NCBI GenBank assembly: GCA_937625935.1
Contig: OW569346.1
Coordinates: forward strand, 310,001 to 374,000
Length of the DNA: 64,000 nucleotides
Direction of reading: 5' to 3'
Source of the DNA: Tetramitus jugosus
Lineage: Eukaryota > Protista > Heterolobosea
Under the pieces are notes generated by a model. That model did not search any database, was not told the origin of the DNA, and worked only from the letters and a program-made list of their open reading frames with translations. Below, in pieces: positions 42,360 through 53,909 of the stretch; position 1 is the stretch's first letter; every line of letters starts with the position of its first letter. The translations under genes were made by a program, and so were the position numbers.

Positions 42360-44519
42360 TTAGTTCAATCGAGAGAATGAGCCATCCTTATCTTGTGCCC
42401 TTCTGAGAAAAACAGTTGCAACCAAGGCAACGACAGCAATGAAGGTTGAGGCAGAGAACAATACAATCCAAAACTTGAAATTCTTGAGCAAGTTCACAGG
42501 TTTCTCTGTAGCATAATCTTGATTGAATTCCAGAGAGTAAGCCAGAGTATTTGGCTGAGCGTTGAACAAACCAATCCACCATTGTGGCATAGTTGTAGTT
42601 CTGTTGCCCAAGTCAACAATCTTTGAGAAGTGAATTTGATTAAACTCTTGCTCACAAATGACAAAGTCAAAGCTATTCCAAGAAGGCATGTGATCTCTCT
42701 TTCCATAGAGACAAACTTTTTGTGATGGCAAATTGTTTCCTAAACCTTCGCCAATTTGATCTGAGAGGGGTGTAATTTGTTCCTTTGAGTTCTGCCATTT
42801 CACTGTCAACTTCAACACATTTTGGTCAAATGTATCTGACTTAATATCCAACCGGTGATAACTCCATCCTTGTGGGTGCAAATCCGCTTTCTTGGTATTT
42901 TCACCTCTCTTTAATGAGTGGAGTGGCTCTAAGCACTGCTCTCCTGTGAATCCAAAGTCACACTGGCAAGCACCACCTACACATTTACCATGACCATTGC
43001 ATCCCTTCAATACGGTATTGCACACGAATTGGTGAATTTCACATGGTAGCATGTATTTTCCAGTGGAGGGGTCCTTCATCAGAGGCAAATACTCAGATGG
43101 AGCCTGTGTCTTATACTTGATTGGAATTGCTTGACCTGGAGCGCAGAAGGGAGTGCTGCTAGTGAAACTCTCCATCATTGATCTAGCATTTCTCTTTTGG
43201 TCATGAGGATAGAAGTGACCACTTCCAAACACAGACATAAAGGTAAAGTTACCAGAGGACTGCTCATAACCTGCTACGTCATTCTCTACGAACCACAAGT
43301 TCCTAGGTGAGGATGAATAGTCACCCAATTGATTGGCAATAGAGTTCACATATTGCTCAGTACCTACAGGACCATCCTGCAGATCAAAATTTCCACTAAA
43401 TAACAAAACTTTGACATGCTTGGCCAATATTGGGAATAGTTCCCGCACATCTCTCAGAATATCATTTCGCAGATAGTAATACACCTTGTTTGAGTTACAT
43501 GACACATATCTGTCCTTGAAGTGATGGCTGTCCTCCTTTGTGGCGTGAATCGCACTTCTTGTCTCTGGCAAATTCAAATATTCTTCCAATCTAGTCTTGT
43601 TTGTGCTTGGATCAAATCTTCTCACATCATACACATTGATCAATCCAGATGTCAACAACACAAATGACTTCATCTCATCGCATGGAGATCCCTCCTCTGT
43701 TGTGTTTCCACCCTGGATGTGTCGAATGCACTCTGCCTCCAGAGTCTGATACTGCAGATTCTGTTTCTGTGAGATGAGACCGTTGTAGTACACTTGATTG
43801 CCCTTGATCATTCTTTGCAACATGGGTGCACTGAATCCATCACCAATCGCCACACCCTTGAAAATCTTTACCAAGTGATTGTCTGGTGATTGAGTGCTAA
43901 CGATACGGTAGGCCAACTCTGGGAGATACTTGCCAGCATAGCTCTCACCTGACAAGTACAAATCACAGTTCTTATACTTTGGATGCAATTGGAAAAAGGA
44001 GTGCAATGCATTGTACATGTCCAGTGATCCTTGCTTTTGATTTTCGGTATAGCTCTGTTCATCCTCAGCATAACTGAAACCAGTGCCCAACGGTTGATCA
44101 ATAAACAGCACATGGAACTTGTGCATCCAAGTGAATGGATTGTCAGTCAATGTCAAATCATTTTGAATATCAAATGGACCGATATTCTCTTCGAAGCAGC
44201 CAATAAAGGCAGAACAACCTGGGCCGCCGTTCACCCATAGGACGACAGGAGTGGATTCAACTGTTCCACTGGCATTGGATCCCAGTTTTTCATAGAACCA
44301 GTAGAACATGCCACCTTTTCTCTGATTGTCCTGAACAGACATGTAGCCAGCATAGGAAACAATGTCATTCAGTGGCCCATAACCTGGCAGAGAAGTCACT
44401 CTGTGCTTCTCATAGGTGGAACCACCACCTTGAACAGCAGCAGCATGACACAACAATACGCACAGCAACAAGAAGACCACCAGTTGTTGGATTGGTGATG
44501 AATATGATCGAATAGACAT
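42360..44519 (-). CDS. Serine carboxypeptidase (S10) with EGF-like domain and C-terminal TM
   Basis: Signal peptide, WVNGGPGCS, IDQPLGTGFSY, GESYAG (Ser), GNFDLQD (Asp), GSGHFYP (His), EGF CNGHGKCVGGACQCDFGFTGEQC, TM near C-terminus. Confidence 0.92.
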   Translation of the reverse strand: MSIRSYSSPIQQLVVFLLLCVLLCHAAAVQGGGSTYEKHRVTSLPGYGPLNDIVSYAGYMSVQDNQRKGGMFYWFYEKLGSNASGTVESTPVVLWVNGGPGCSAFIGCFEENIGPFDIQNDLTLTDNPFTWMHKFHVLFIDQPLGTGFSYAEDEQSYTENQKQGSLDMYNALHSFFQLHPKYKNCDLYLSGESYAGKYLPELAYRIVSTQSPDNHLVKIFKGVAIGDGFSAPMLQRMIKGNQVYYNGLISQKQNLQYQTLEAECIRHIQGGNTTEEGSPCDEMKSFVLLTSGLINVYDVRRFDPSTNKTRLEEYLNLPETRSAIHATKEDSHHFKDRYVSCNSNKVYYYLRNDILRDVRELFPILAKHVKVLLFSGNFDLQDGPVGTEQYVNSIANQLGDYSSSPRNLWFVENDVAGYEQSSGNFTFMSVFGSGHFYPHDQKRNARSMMESFTSSTPFCAPGQAIPIKYKTQAPSEYLPLMKDPSTGKYMLPCEIHQFVCNTVLKGCNGHGKCVGGACQCDFGFTGEQCLEPLHSLKRGENTKKADLHPQGWSYHRLDIKSDTFDQNVLKLTVKWQNSKEQITPLSDQIGEGLGNNLPSQKVCLYGKRDHMPSWNSFDFVICEQEFNQIHFSKIVDLGNRTTTMPQWWIGLFNAQPNTLAYSLEFNQDYATEKPVNLLKNFKFWIVLFSASTFIAVVALVATVFLRRAQDKDGSFSRLN

Positions 44520-44760
44520 TGACAGTGGTCGTGTTTTTGATTGATTATTTGCTTTTTTGCTCTTGGGATCTAAACGCGGAAAATGTTTCCGAAACGTGTT
44601 ATGGGTACGTGTAATGTCAAGCTTTCGACGTCAAAAGAACACAACTTCCGAAGCGATATTGGGGCAGAGGTTATGTGAATAGGTGCAATTTGCATACACA
44701 ACAAGTACGCGCTACAACAAGAATGATTTGGGTTTGTGAAAAAAGAACTTATGAAAAAAT

Positions 44761-46083
44761 TTACTTCTTCTTTGCGGCTTCTTCTCTCTTTTCGACGGTC
44801 TTGATGACACCAACAGCAACGGTTTGTCTCATATCTCTGACAGCGAATCTACCAAGAGGTGGATATTCAGTGTAGGATTCAACACACATTGGCTTTTGTG
44901 GAACAAGCTTGACCATACCAGCATCACCCTTCTTCAAGGACTTTGGAAGTTCTTCCTTGACAGCACCAGATCTCTTATCGATCTTGGATTGGATCTCAGC
45001 GAACTTGCAAGCAATGTGAGCAGTGTGGCAATCCAAAACTGGAGCATAACCGTTTCCGATCTCACCAGGATGGTTCATGACGATGACTTGAGCAACGAAG
45101 GATTCAGCTTGCTTGGCAGGGTCTCTCTTGGAGTCAGAGCAGACGTTACCTCTCTTGATATCCTTGACGGACAAGTTCTTAACGTTGAAACCAACATTGT
45201 CACCAGGCTCAGCCTCGGACATTTGTTCATGATGCATTTCGACGGACTTGACTTCAGTGGTCTTGTTACCTGGAGCGAAGGTAACGTTCATACCTGGCTT
45301 CAATAGACCGGTTTCGACTCTTCCGACTGGAACAGTTCCGATACCACCAATCTTGTAGACATCTTGCAATGGCAATCTCAATGGCTTGTCGGTTGGTCTC
45401 TTTGGTGGGACAATAGCGTCCAAAGCTTCGAGGAGACATGGACCCTTGTACCATGGCATCTTGTCGGTAGCCTTTTCAATCATGTTGTCACCAGTCCATC
45501 CGGAAATTGGGACGAAAGGAACCTTGTCTGGGTTGTAACCAACCTTCTTCAAGTAAGAAGCGACTTCCTTGACGATTTCGTCGTATCTTCCTTGTCCGTA
45601 GTTGACGGTCTTGTCGTCGAACTTGTTCAAGCAGACAATCATTTGTCTAACACCAAGGGTTTGAGCCAACAAGGCGTGTTCTCTGGTTTGTCCGTCCTTG
45701 GAGATACCAGCTTCGAAACCACCAGTGGTGGAATCAATGATCAAGATAGCAACATCAGCTTGGGAGGTACCAGTAATCATGTTCTTGATGAAATCTCTGT
45801 GACCTGGGGCATCAATGATGGTGAAGTCATACTTGCCAGTTTGGAACTTCCACAAGGAAATATCAATAGTGATACCTCTTTCCTTTTCTGCCTTCAACTT
45901 GTCCATGACCCAAGCATACTTGAAGGATCCCTTACCCATTTCAGCTGCTTCCTTCTCGAACTTTTCGATGACTCTCTTATCGATACCACCGCACTTGTAG
46001 ATCAAGTGACCAGTAGTGGTTGACTTTCCGGAATCGACGTGACCGATGACGACTAGATTAACGTGTTGCTTATCCTTTCCCAT
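44761..46083 (-). CDS. EEF1A: Translation elongation factor 1-alpha
   Basis: [36 protein letters not shown]; strong codon bias; no opisthokont insertion. Confidence 0.99.
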   Translation of the reverse strand: MGKDKQHVNLVVIGHVDSGKSTTTGHLIYKCGGIDKRVIEKFEKEAAEMGKGSFKYAWVMDKLKAEKERGITIDISLWKFQTGKYDFTIIDAPGHRDFIKNMITGTSQADVAILIIDSTTGGFEAGISKDGQTREHALLAQTLGVRQMIVCLNKFDDKTVNYGQGRYDEIVKEVASYLKKVGYNPDKVPFVPISGWTGDNMIEKATDKMPWYKGPCLLEALDAIVPPKRPTDKPLRLPLQDVYKIGGIGTVPVGRVETGLLKPGMNVTFAPGNKTTEVKSVEMHHEQMSEAEPGDNVGFNVKNLSVKDIKRGNVCSDSKRDPAKQAESFVAQVIVMNHPGEIGNGYAPVLDCHTAHIACKFAEIQSKIDKRSGAVKEELPKSLKKGDAGMVKLVPQKPMCVESYTEYPPLGRFAVRDMRQTVAVGVIKTVEKREEAAKKK

Positions 46084-46768
46084 TGTTATTGGTTTATGTG
46101 TTGTTTATGACTTGTGTTGTTTTTTTTGAGGTTGGCCAAGAGACGAAAATTTATGAGCGAAACAATTTGAAGCACGTGCACAACAGGATTTGCACTGGGC
46201 ATCAGAAAGGCCAGATCGTGTGTGAAAAGTTTCCGGCTTCAATTCGGTTGTAAAAGTCTTGAACCCCGGAAGTTGACTTCAATTTTGATCGAGAAGATTC
46301 AAAATATTTTACTCCGACGCTGAAAAAAGAGATCCTTCTTTTCACGGAACACACCTTTTTGATTCAAGCGTTGAACTACGACAATGTTCCAAGATGTGAT
46401 TGTGAAGGATCACAGACTTCTCTCCGTCTTGTCGCACTGTCATATTTCTTCGGCTCTTTGAGAAATTTTAGTTTAACTCAAGCTCCTCAAGGACTCGTCT
46501 TCCAATTTGAATCGGTGAGCGTAAGCTCCAGTTTTGTAGGTCAGAGTTTACTTGCCATGATTCATGCGAGGATATCTTCTGCGCGATGTCCTTGGGAGTT
46601 GTTCCAAATGGCGGGAACGCCAGATGCCATCCACGTCAAAAAATATCCCAAAATGTCTCCTCCAGCAGCCGCCGAAAGAAAAAAGTTCTGGCGCACCACC
46701 ATGAATTCGAAACAACACAAACACAACGCACGATAACATTCATATTTTGAGGGTGAGACAACAAGGAT

Positions 46769-47644
46769 ATGGAACAGGAAGTTGAATCCCTGAAACAACT
46801 CGTCACGCAACTGTGCGATCGAGTCAGTTCTCTTGAATCGGAGAATGAACAGCTGCGAAACATTCTGGAGACTCAGCACATTCAACACATGAATATGATC
46901 AACATGGTGATGAACGATCAAAAAGTTTTGTCTAATTTTATAGTTGCCAAGAGTTCGTTGGCATCGCCTCCTCAACAAGCAACAACGCCCAACACGTCGA
47001 ACAATGATGAGCAAAAGCTTTCGCCTCTTTTTAACAGAAGAAGCCATCTGTCCTTACCAATCTTACAATCCCCGTTGACTTCGTTGACAAGAGGTGACAG
47101 AAATTCACTGAGTTTCAACTCGGTTGTGCAACCGCTCACGGTGGCTTTTCTTCCGGTGCAGAGCAATATTTTTACGCGGGCATGCATCCAGTTTCTACAG
47201 GAGAAGTTTAGTGCGCCTGATCTGAGCCGAATTATTGAGATTGACGATACGTTTGTCGCAACAAAAAAGTATGATTTATTGCTGGTGATTTGCTCGCGAA
47301 CTTCGACATTGCTAGAACCGATTTTGTTACAGGCAAGCAATCATGCGATTCCGACAAATCATCCAAATTGTTGGTTCGTTTGTGGCTATTCGAACATTTG
47401 GGACGACAAGTGTGATTACAAGGAGCTGTTGGAGACTTTTCCATGCAAGGGTGTTTTGCAGTTGAACGTATGGGCAGAGGAAGTACAGGTCAAGAATTCT
47501 CAAAGAACTATCCAGTCCATTCAATTGATTGATAACATGATTGATGCCCAAGGACTCTCGATACCAGGCACCGCACCAACCACCAGTACCGGCTCCAGAA
47601 AAATACCATTGTTAGGCTCTCTTGGCGCCAAGTTGTGGAAGTAG
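46769..47644 (+). CDS. Hypothetical protein with N-terminal coiled coil
   Basis: 291-aa ATG ORF; heptad pattern EVESLKQLVTQLCDRVSSLESENEQLRNIL followed by an alpha/beta-looking C-terminal half. Confidence 0.65.
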   Translation: MEQEVESLKQLVTQLCDRVSSLESENEQLRNILETQHIQHMNMINMVMNDQKVLSNFIVAKSSLASPPQQATTPNTSNNDEQKLSPLFNRRSHLSLPILQSPLTSLTRGDRNSLSFNSVVQPLTVAFLPVQSNIFTRACIQFLQEKFSAPDLSRIIEIDDTFVATKKYDLLLVICSRTSTLLEPILLQASNHAIPTNHPNCWFVCGYSNIWDDKCDYKELLETFPCKGVLQLNVWAEEVQVKNSQRTIQSIQLIDNMIDAQGLSIPGTAPTTSTGSRKIPLLGSLGAKLWK

Positions 47645-47889
47645 TTTGAGTGTTTTAGTACATGTCATCTAGGTATCAATCATGTAAATAATAAAATCAA
47701 CATCGCACAACAACGATGAAGTGCATCAGACACATTTTGTAAATGGATGTGGAAATACAATCGACAAGCCATCAAGATCATTCTTGGCGCCAAAAATTTG
47801 TGTGAACGGACAACAAAAAAAACGACACACAAAAAAAACAGCATTTTCCCCCCAACAAATCTTGATTCAGAACACTCTCTGTGAGCAGA

Positions 47890-50109
47890 ATGTCTCCACC
47901 ATCCACTGACACCAACAGCGCATACGAGAAGCACATTCTCGTGATTGGTGATCCTCAATCAGGAAAAACTTCAATCATTCGTTCCATCTGCAACAACAAT
48001 GACAATGACGACAGTAGCACGCCCTACAACAACAGCAACAGCAACAACAACAATAGCGTATTTACACTGCATACGAACGATCATGACTACACTGTTCAAT
48101 TCATTGAGGATGAAGTTGTGACAGAAAAGCACTTGCTCACAACAGATTTGATTTTATTGGTGATTGAATATGATTTGGATGAGAGCCTTGATCAATTCCA
48201 GAACACGTGGCTCCCGCTGATTCAACACTCGAGAAAACCGTTTTTCCTCGTTCAGACAAAGATTGATTTGAACGAAAATTGTCAGCTTTTGGATTTCTCC
48301 GGCGTAAATGAGTTGTTTGTTGGTGGTGCTGTTTTTTCAACATTGATGGCAGAGAGTGATGATTTGAGAGATGCTCTCGTGTTTAAGCTATTTGAATTTT
48401 TGTTCTTTAGTCCAACGAGCACACTCTACTATGATGAAGACAAGAAACAATTGAAACAAGTGGTCAAGAGTGCTCTCAAGAGAGCATTTTGGTTGATGGA
48501 CAAGGACGGTGACAGTATTTTGAACACAAAGGAATATTTAAAGTTTGCTGTATGTTGTTGTGTGATTGAATGTGTGCGAAGTGTGTGTGTTTATTCACGC
48601 ATACATTTAGTGCAATTTTTGATGATGATTCTTTTGTCTTTTTGGTTCGTGAGCTAACGATTGAATGTTGTGTGATGGATCACGGATAGAAATTGGCAAA
48701 TGTAAAGTATACGCTGAATGAGTGTTTGGACATTGTGGCTTCATCAGTGAAACAAGGTGGTAGTAGTAGTTCGAGTGGACTGAATTTGGAGCAATTTTTG
48801 TCACTCTATGATTACTTGGTGGACAATGATTCGAATGTGCAAGCTGTTTGGAGAGTATTGAGAGCTTTTGATGTCAATACTGGATTGGCAGTTGAAGATC
48901 GAGCTATCATGTACGATATTCTTTGTTTGATTGTTGTTGTTGATTGCTGTACTAACCAATGTTTGTTTTTTCATGTTATCCATTAGTGAACAAACGATGC
49001 CAAGAACGAATCCAAGTCAAGATCAAATCGTGTTAAGCGATGCTGCATACAAGGAGCTAACGCGGTTTTTTAAGCTATTCGATAGGGATAGAGATGGGTT
49101 GTTGAGTGTAGCGGAGATTGACGACGCATTTTCAATTGCGTTTGATGTTGAGAATCCGTTTGTGTCCTTTGATTCGGACTATATCAATCTGACTTCTTCT
49201 CAGGATGGAAAATTGACAATCCAGGGATGGTTGTCTCTTTGGAGTATTGTTACTCTGCACAATCCATACAGTATTATAAGATGTTTGATTCGATGGGGCA
49301 TAAAAACTAATCTGAAACAGTACTTGTCAGTGAACAAGATGCGAAAGTACCGAGAGAAGCCATCCGATTTCTCGAAGGTTGTCAATGCATACATTTTTGG
49401 TTCGAGTCGATGCGGTAAAACGAGTATTATGCAAAATTTAATTGATTGGGAAGTGAGTGATGATACATACACGAGAACTGCAAGGCAACAGACTGTTGTC
49501 AACATTGCTGAGGACGATAAGGGAGATTCTTTTTATTTGGCGATTACTGAATTTGAGGACAATGCCGTGTTGGATGTCCTAGAATCAACACAAACGATGG
49601 ATATGTGCGATATTGCTATTATGGTGTTCGATGGTGCAGATCCATATTCGTTTTCATATTTGGCCAAACTGCAACAGAAATTGGATCCTACTATCCCATG
49701 TATTTACGTATTGAGCAAGGATGATCTGGAAGTTGAGGAACAGATCCATGATGTACCACCACAGGAGTTCTGTGAGGAATTGGGTCTGTTGTGGCCTCCA
49801 TTCTATCACTGTGCCACACAATATGATCCAGAGAGACACAAGACGTTCGAAGAAGTCCTGTACTTTGCTCAAAATCCAAAGGATGCATGTCCAATGTGGG
49901 ACGCTGCTGAATCGTCAGACTCGGAAGACGAAGGTCCAGAACAGCACGAAATCCAACCAAAATCATCTCTACTCTCCAGAACAATCAAGTTAGTTAGTGT
50001 GGTAAGTGTCATTGCAATTGGCTCAGCCTTACTTTGGAAGTTTGCTGCAAAGTCAAAGAAAGAAGAAGACAATCGACTGAGTGAAATAAGCAAGAAGACG
50101 AGAAAGTGA
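47890..50109 (+). CDS. RHOT: Mitochondrial Rho GTPase (Miro), 3 exons (47890-48549, 48690-48910, 48987-50109)
   Basis: GTPase 1 GDPQSGKTS/TKID, EF-hands DKDGDSILN and DRDRDGLLS, GTPase 2 GSSRCGKTS, C-terminal TM plus basic tail. Both introns have CTAAC branch points and keep the frame. Confidence 0.92.
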
Positions 50110-50410
50110 CTTGAATAAGTTGGGATTTATGTGATAATTTCTTTTGAAAACAAAAGGAGCGGTGCAGAAGTGTTGTGGCAAGGACGACCATACTCGGGTA
50201 CTCACACTATGTACCTCGGAAACAAAATAATATAATAAACAAAAACACGGTATCCGCTCCTTCACAAACTCATTACAAAAAATTTCAAAACTCTCAAAAT
50301 AGCAACAAAATGGCTCAAAATACATTGTGATCGAGAAAATGAACTTCACTGCCAGAGTGTCCTCTCAATGACATAGTCCACTGAAAACGAAACAAGTTCT
50401 TTGCAGCAAC

Positions 50411-51820
50411 ATGGTTGAAGTGAAAGAGATCAATTATTCTGGTGGAGACACCGAGTTGGAATCACTCCCTCGTATTGACCACTCCAAAGAAACTGCCAAT
50501 CCTCGATATGCATTTGAAGATGTGTCGCTTCAAGAACCGGACTATACTGGCAATTTGTCATCCACTTCCTCTCATTCAATCATTCGTCTGACTGATAAAT
50601 CATCACTTGACACTGAATCTGCCGAGCCATTCTATTCAACAGGATTAGACAAGTGGCAATTCTTTGTGCTGTGGTATGGATTAGCTGCATTGAGTCATTT
50701 GGCCAAAGGAGGACACAATGCTTTTGCCTCGTATCTGAACACAGACAAGCAGAAGAAGCCACCAGAGTTCAGTCTCTTAGCTTTTGGAAATTTGCTCGTT
50801 CTGCTGTGCTACACTCCACGAATCATTTACAAGGTAATGCAAACCATTCGCACAAGACATGCCAATTGGCAATCAACAACAGTCACGGAACCACAGGAGC
50901 AACAAGAAGAACAACTGACCTTACAGAGGCATGGGTCCATGAGAATTCTGTGGAACAGTGGTCGCTCATTCTTGACCCATCCAGCCCTATACATTTTCCT
51001 CGCATCCATCATGGTTAGAGCTCTCGTTCGAAGTCAAGCTCTAGGTTTCACAACAGCTGTGCTGCTTCAGCTCGTTGAACTTCAAGCACCATTCATCATC
51101 ACATTTGTGTCTGTTTATGTGTTCAAGAGGGGTGCTTTACGATGGCAAACGGTGCTGACACTTGTTGCGACTCTTGTGGGCAGCGTTGCACTCATTTTGG
51201 GTGAGTCAACCAACCAAGAATCCGGATTCCACTGGATGCCCAACTTTTCAAACATGGCAGCCAACTTTGGAGTGAACCACTTGATTGGACTCTCGCTGGC
51301 GTTCATCAGTGCCTTTACACTCGCATCGAGAACACTGACCGTTGATTACATTACTGTGCACGAACACATGAAGCTATCATGTGAAAACATGTTCATTGCA
51401 GAGAAACTCGTACTGTGCACTGTTTTTCTAGCTCTATCACTCGTGTTTGGTGATTATTCACAGTTTGGAGCCATGGGCTGGAAGCAGTGGTCCATCTTTT
51501 TATTAACGAGCTTTGTGAACGAGTTTATTGGATCGTTTCTCAGCATTTATGCAACAGCAAAACTAGGCAGCTCGACCTATGGTATTTTGTTGCCGATTCG
51601 TTTGTTTTCCACAATTTTTGTCGCCATGATTCTACTGGGGGAGACGATGAATAATTTTTTGGAGATTTTGGGTATTGTGGTCATCACTGTGAGCTTGATA
51701 GCATACATGTCGTGGAATCGGTATGCCACCAGTCATAAGCGCCTGTTAGATACGCCAAGCTTCTCCAATTCGAGTCGTTATCGCATGGAACCATTCTCAA
51801 ACTTGAAAATTGATGGCTGA
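50411..51820 (+). CDS. Drug/metabolite transporter (EamA-like) membrane protein
   Basis: About 10 hydrophobic segments with DMT-type motifs QAPFIITFVSVYVFK and FSTIFVAMILLGETM..ILGIVVI. Confidence 0.75.
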   Translation: MVEVKEINYSGGDTELESLPRIDHSKETANPRYAFEDVSLQEPDYTGNLSSTSSHSIIRLTDKSSLDTESAEPFYSTGLDKWQFFVLWYGLAALSHLAKGGHNAFASYLNTDKQKKPPEFSLLAFGNLLVLLCYTPRIIYKVMQTIRTRHANWQSTTVTEPQEQQEEQLTLQRHGSMRILWNSGRSFLTHPALYIFLASIMVRALVRSQALGFTTAVLLQLVELQAPFIITFVSVYVFKRGALRWQTVLTLVATLVGSVALILGESTNQESGFHWMPNFSNMAANFGVNHLIGLSLAFISAFTLASRTLTVDYITVHEHMKLSCENMFIAEKLVLCTVFLALSLVFGDYSQFGAMGWKQWSIFLLTSFVNEFIGSFLSIYATAKLGSSTYGILLPIRLFSTIFVAMILLGETMNNFLEILGIVVITVSLIAYMSWNRYATSHKRLLDTPSFSNSSRYRMEPFSNLKIDG

Positions 51821-52198
51821 GAGAGCTGATTGTGACATGTGTTTTTCATGAATCATTGTTAAAATCATCATTTGTGGTGTTGTGTGTGCGTAGGCATGCA
51901 CGATTAATAAACATTGTCATCTATCGCCCACTAGGAATGCATTTTCTCTCATTGCGATATGGTTCGGTCAATCATTGCAAATATCAAGAAACACCAATTC
52001 CAACTTCATTTTCAAGTTATTCTCGCTGTGCTGTTATCTGGTCTGGTCGCTTGTTGTTTGTTCGATCTGGTCGCAGAATTATACCTTTGTTGAAACTTCA
52101 ACAAAATCAGTCAACCAGCAGGAAGTCAACTGATAATATTGAGAAAACAAAAAATCACAAAAATCAAACAAAAACACTACAAGCATCGTTAAGGACAG

Positions 52199-52310
52199 GT
52201 ATGTGCCATTCGGCTTTCACACACAAGCCTGTGAAAAAAAACTTTATTGCACCAGAAGTTGTTGCATGAACACACACTGACTCATTTCCCCCTTGTTTAT
52301 TGATACACAG
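52199..52310 (+). other. Probable 5'UTR intron of RPL19
   Basis: CAG|GTATGT donor, ACTGAC branch-like motif, pyrimidine tract, and a CAG acceptor followed by A-ATG. Confidence 0.65.
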
Positions 52311-52311
52311 A

Positions 52312-52911
52312 ATGACATACAAGCTCCAAAAGAGATTAGCAGCAGAAGTTTTGGGTTGTGGTACCAACAGAGTTTGGATGGACCCAACCGAAGGTAACGA
52401 AATTTCCTTGGCAAAGTCCAGAGACGCCATCAGAAAGTTGGTCAAGGACGAAGTCATCATCAGAAAGCCAATCGTTATCAGATCCAGATTCGCATGGAGA
52501 AAGAGACAAGTTGCCATTAAGAAGGGTAGACACACTGGTATTGGTAAGAGAAAGGGTACCAGAGATGCTAGAAACCCATCCAAGAGACAATGGATGCTCA
52601 GAATGAGAATTTTGAGAAAGCTCCTTAAGAAGTACAAGGAGGCCAACAGAATTGACTCTCACTTATATCACGAATTATATTTGAAGACCAAGGGTAACGT
52701 CTACAAGAGCAAGAAGAATTTGATGGAACAAGTCTTCAAGGCAAAGGCTGAGCAAGTGAGAGAACAACGTTTGGTTGAACAATTGAAGGCAAAGAAGGAG
52801 AAGCAATTGAAGTTGAAGGAACAAAGACTCGAAAGAAACGAGAGAAAGACCAAGAAGCAAGTTAGCGAAGCTGAAAAGGCTGCTCGTTTGTCTCAAGAAG
52901 CCAAGAAGTAA
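52312..52911 (+). CDS. RPL19: 60S ribosomal protein L19 (eL19)
   Basis: KLQKRLAA..L.CG..RVWMDP, KGRHTGIGKRKGT..AR.P, IDSHLYHELYLKTKGNVYK. Confidence 0.98.
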   Translation: MTYKLQKRLAAEVLGCGTNRVWMDPTEGNEISLAKSRDAIRKLVKDEVIIRKPIVIRSRFAWRKRQVAIKKGRHTGIGKRKGTRDARNPSKRQWMLRMRILRKLLKKYKEANRIDSHLYHELYLKTKGNVYKSKKNLMEQVFKAKAEQVREQRLVEQLKAKKEKQLKLKEQRLERNERKTKKQVSEAEKAARLSQEAKK

Positions 52912-53012
52912 ATCTGTTATCACGCTGCATAGTCAACTAACTGTCCATTACAGAATGTGTACAGCCATAACTAAACATGTACACGCTTATTATCTTCAAA
53001 ATTTCTTCTTTT

Positions 53013-53909
53013 TTATATGGTGAACAAAATGATTTGCAGTCTTCCCATCTGTTTTGTTTCCTCTTGAAGCTTTTCAAATTTCTTATCAATCTTTGTGTTC
53101 TCTCTGACAGTATCCATTGCCTTCTCCAGTAGTTGTTGGTCCTGGTGGGTGACGTTTTGCTTGAGTGATTCGAAAGCTCTAGGAAAGTATTGCTTGACTA
53201 GAAATCGCAACCTTCTCTTGATAAACTTGTTGTATTGTGTCTCGTGACAGTACCAGGTCAGTTGACTCAACAGTTGTGCATAGTCAACTGGTTCGCCACT
53301 CTTGCGATCACAGGTGTAATCTCCTTCATAATGATTACCAGGTTGATTCGTTTTCGCTGATGAACAATAGCCACAGATTTGTATCGTTGCTCCCTTGGCA
53401 TTGAAGATTCCATTCTCGGTTCGGATCTGTTTTCGATGTGCTTCATTCACACCAATGGGCACGAGCATCACCATTGACAATGGAGTCATCAGTATCAACT
53501 TCTCCAAGTAGCGTCTCATGCGCCAAACGACACTGCTTGATCGATAAAAGATTACAATACAACGAGCTCCGCGATACAATTCCCAAGCTTCCCGTTTGGA
53601 GAAATCATTGAGTGTCTCCGATTCACTCTCCACGCCCGTATGAATTTTCCGAGAGTAGAGATGAAGACTCACGAGAGAGTTGTGTTGTGGGTTGAACGTA
53701 TGAGCAGTCTTGATGTTATCGTAAGAACATTCTGGGTCATATGTCTCATACTTTTGACTCTGTTTGATATGATTGAAAATGGCAGTTTCGCAGTTTTTGG
53801 GTTCGTCTCTGGATATGAAGTCAACCAGGACGATCTTGTAATTCTGAGGTTGTGACGGTTGAGCCTGTTGTTGATGATGATTGTGATGGTGAAGGTGTCT
53901 ATGTGGCAT
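53013..53909 (-). CDS. Degenerate small-GTPase-like protein
   Basis: YKIVLV...TYDP...SLHLYS...LYRGARCIVIFY follows Ras/Rab strand order, but G1, G3 and G4 motifs are absent. Confidence 0.5.
   Translation of the reverse strand: MPHRHLHHHNHHQQQAQPSQPQNYKIVLVDFISRDEPKNCETAIFNHIKQSQKYETYDPECSYDNIKTAHTFNPQHNSLVSLHLYSRKIHTGVESESETLNDFSKREAWELYRGARCIVIFYRSSSVVWRMRRYLEKLILMTPLSMVMLVPIGVNEAHRKQIRTENGIFNAKGATIQICGYCSSAKTNQPGNHYEGDYTCDRKSGEPVDYAQLLSQLTWYCHETQYNKFIKRRLRFLVKQYFPRAFESLKQNVTHQDQQLLEKAMDTVRENTKIDKKFEKLQEETKQMGRLQIILFTI

Noticed and set aside
44824-46023. Long antisense ORFs over EF1A (and similar ones over RPL19)
   Set aside because: Expected mirror ORFs from strong codon bias in highly expressed genes.
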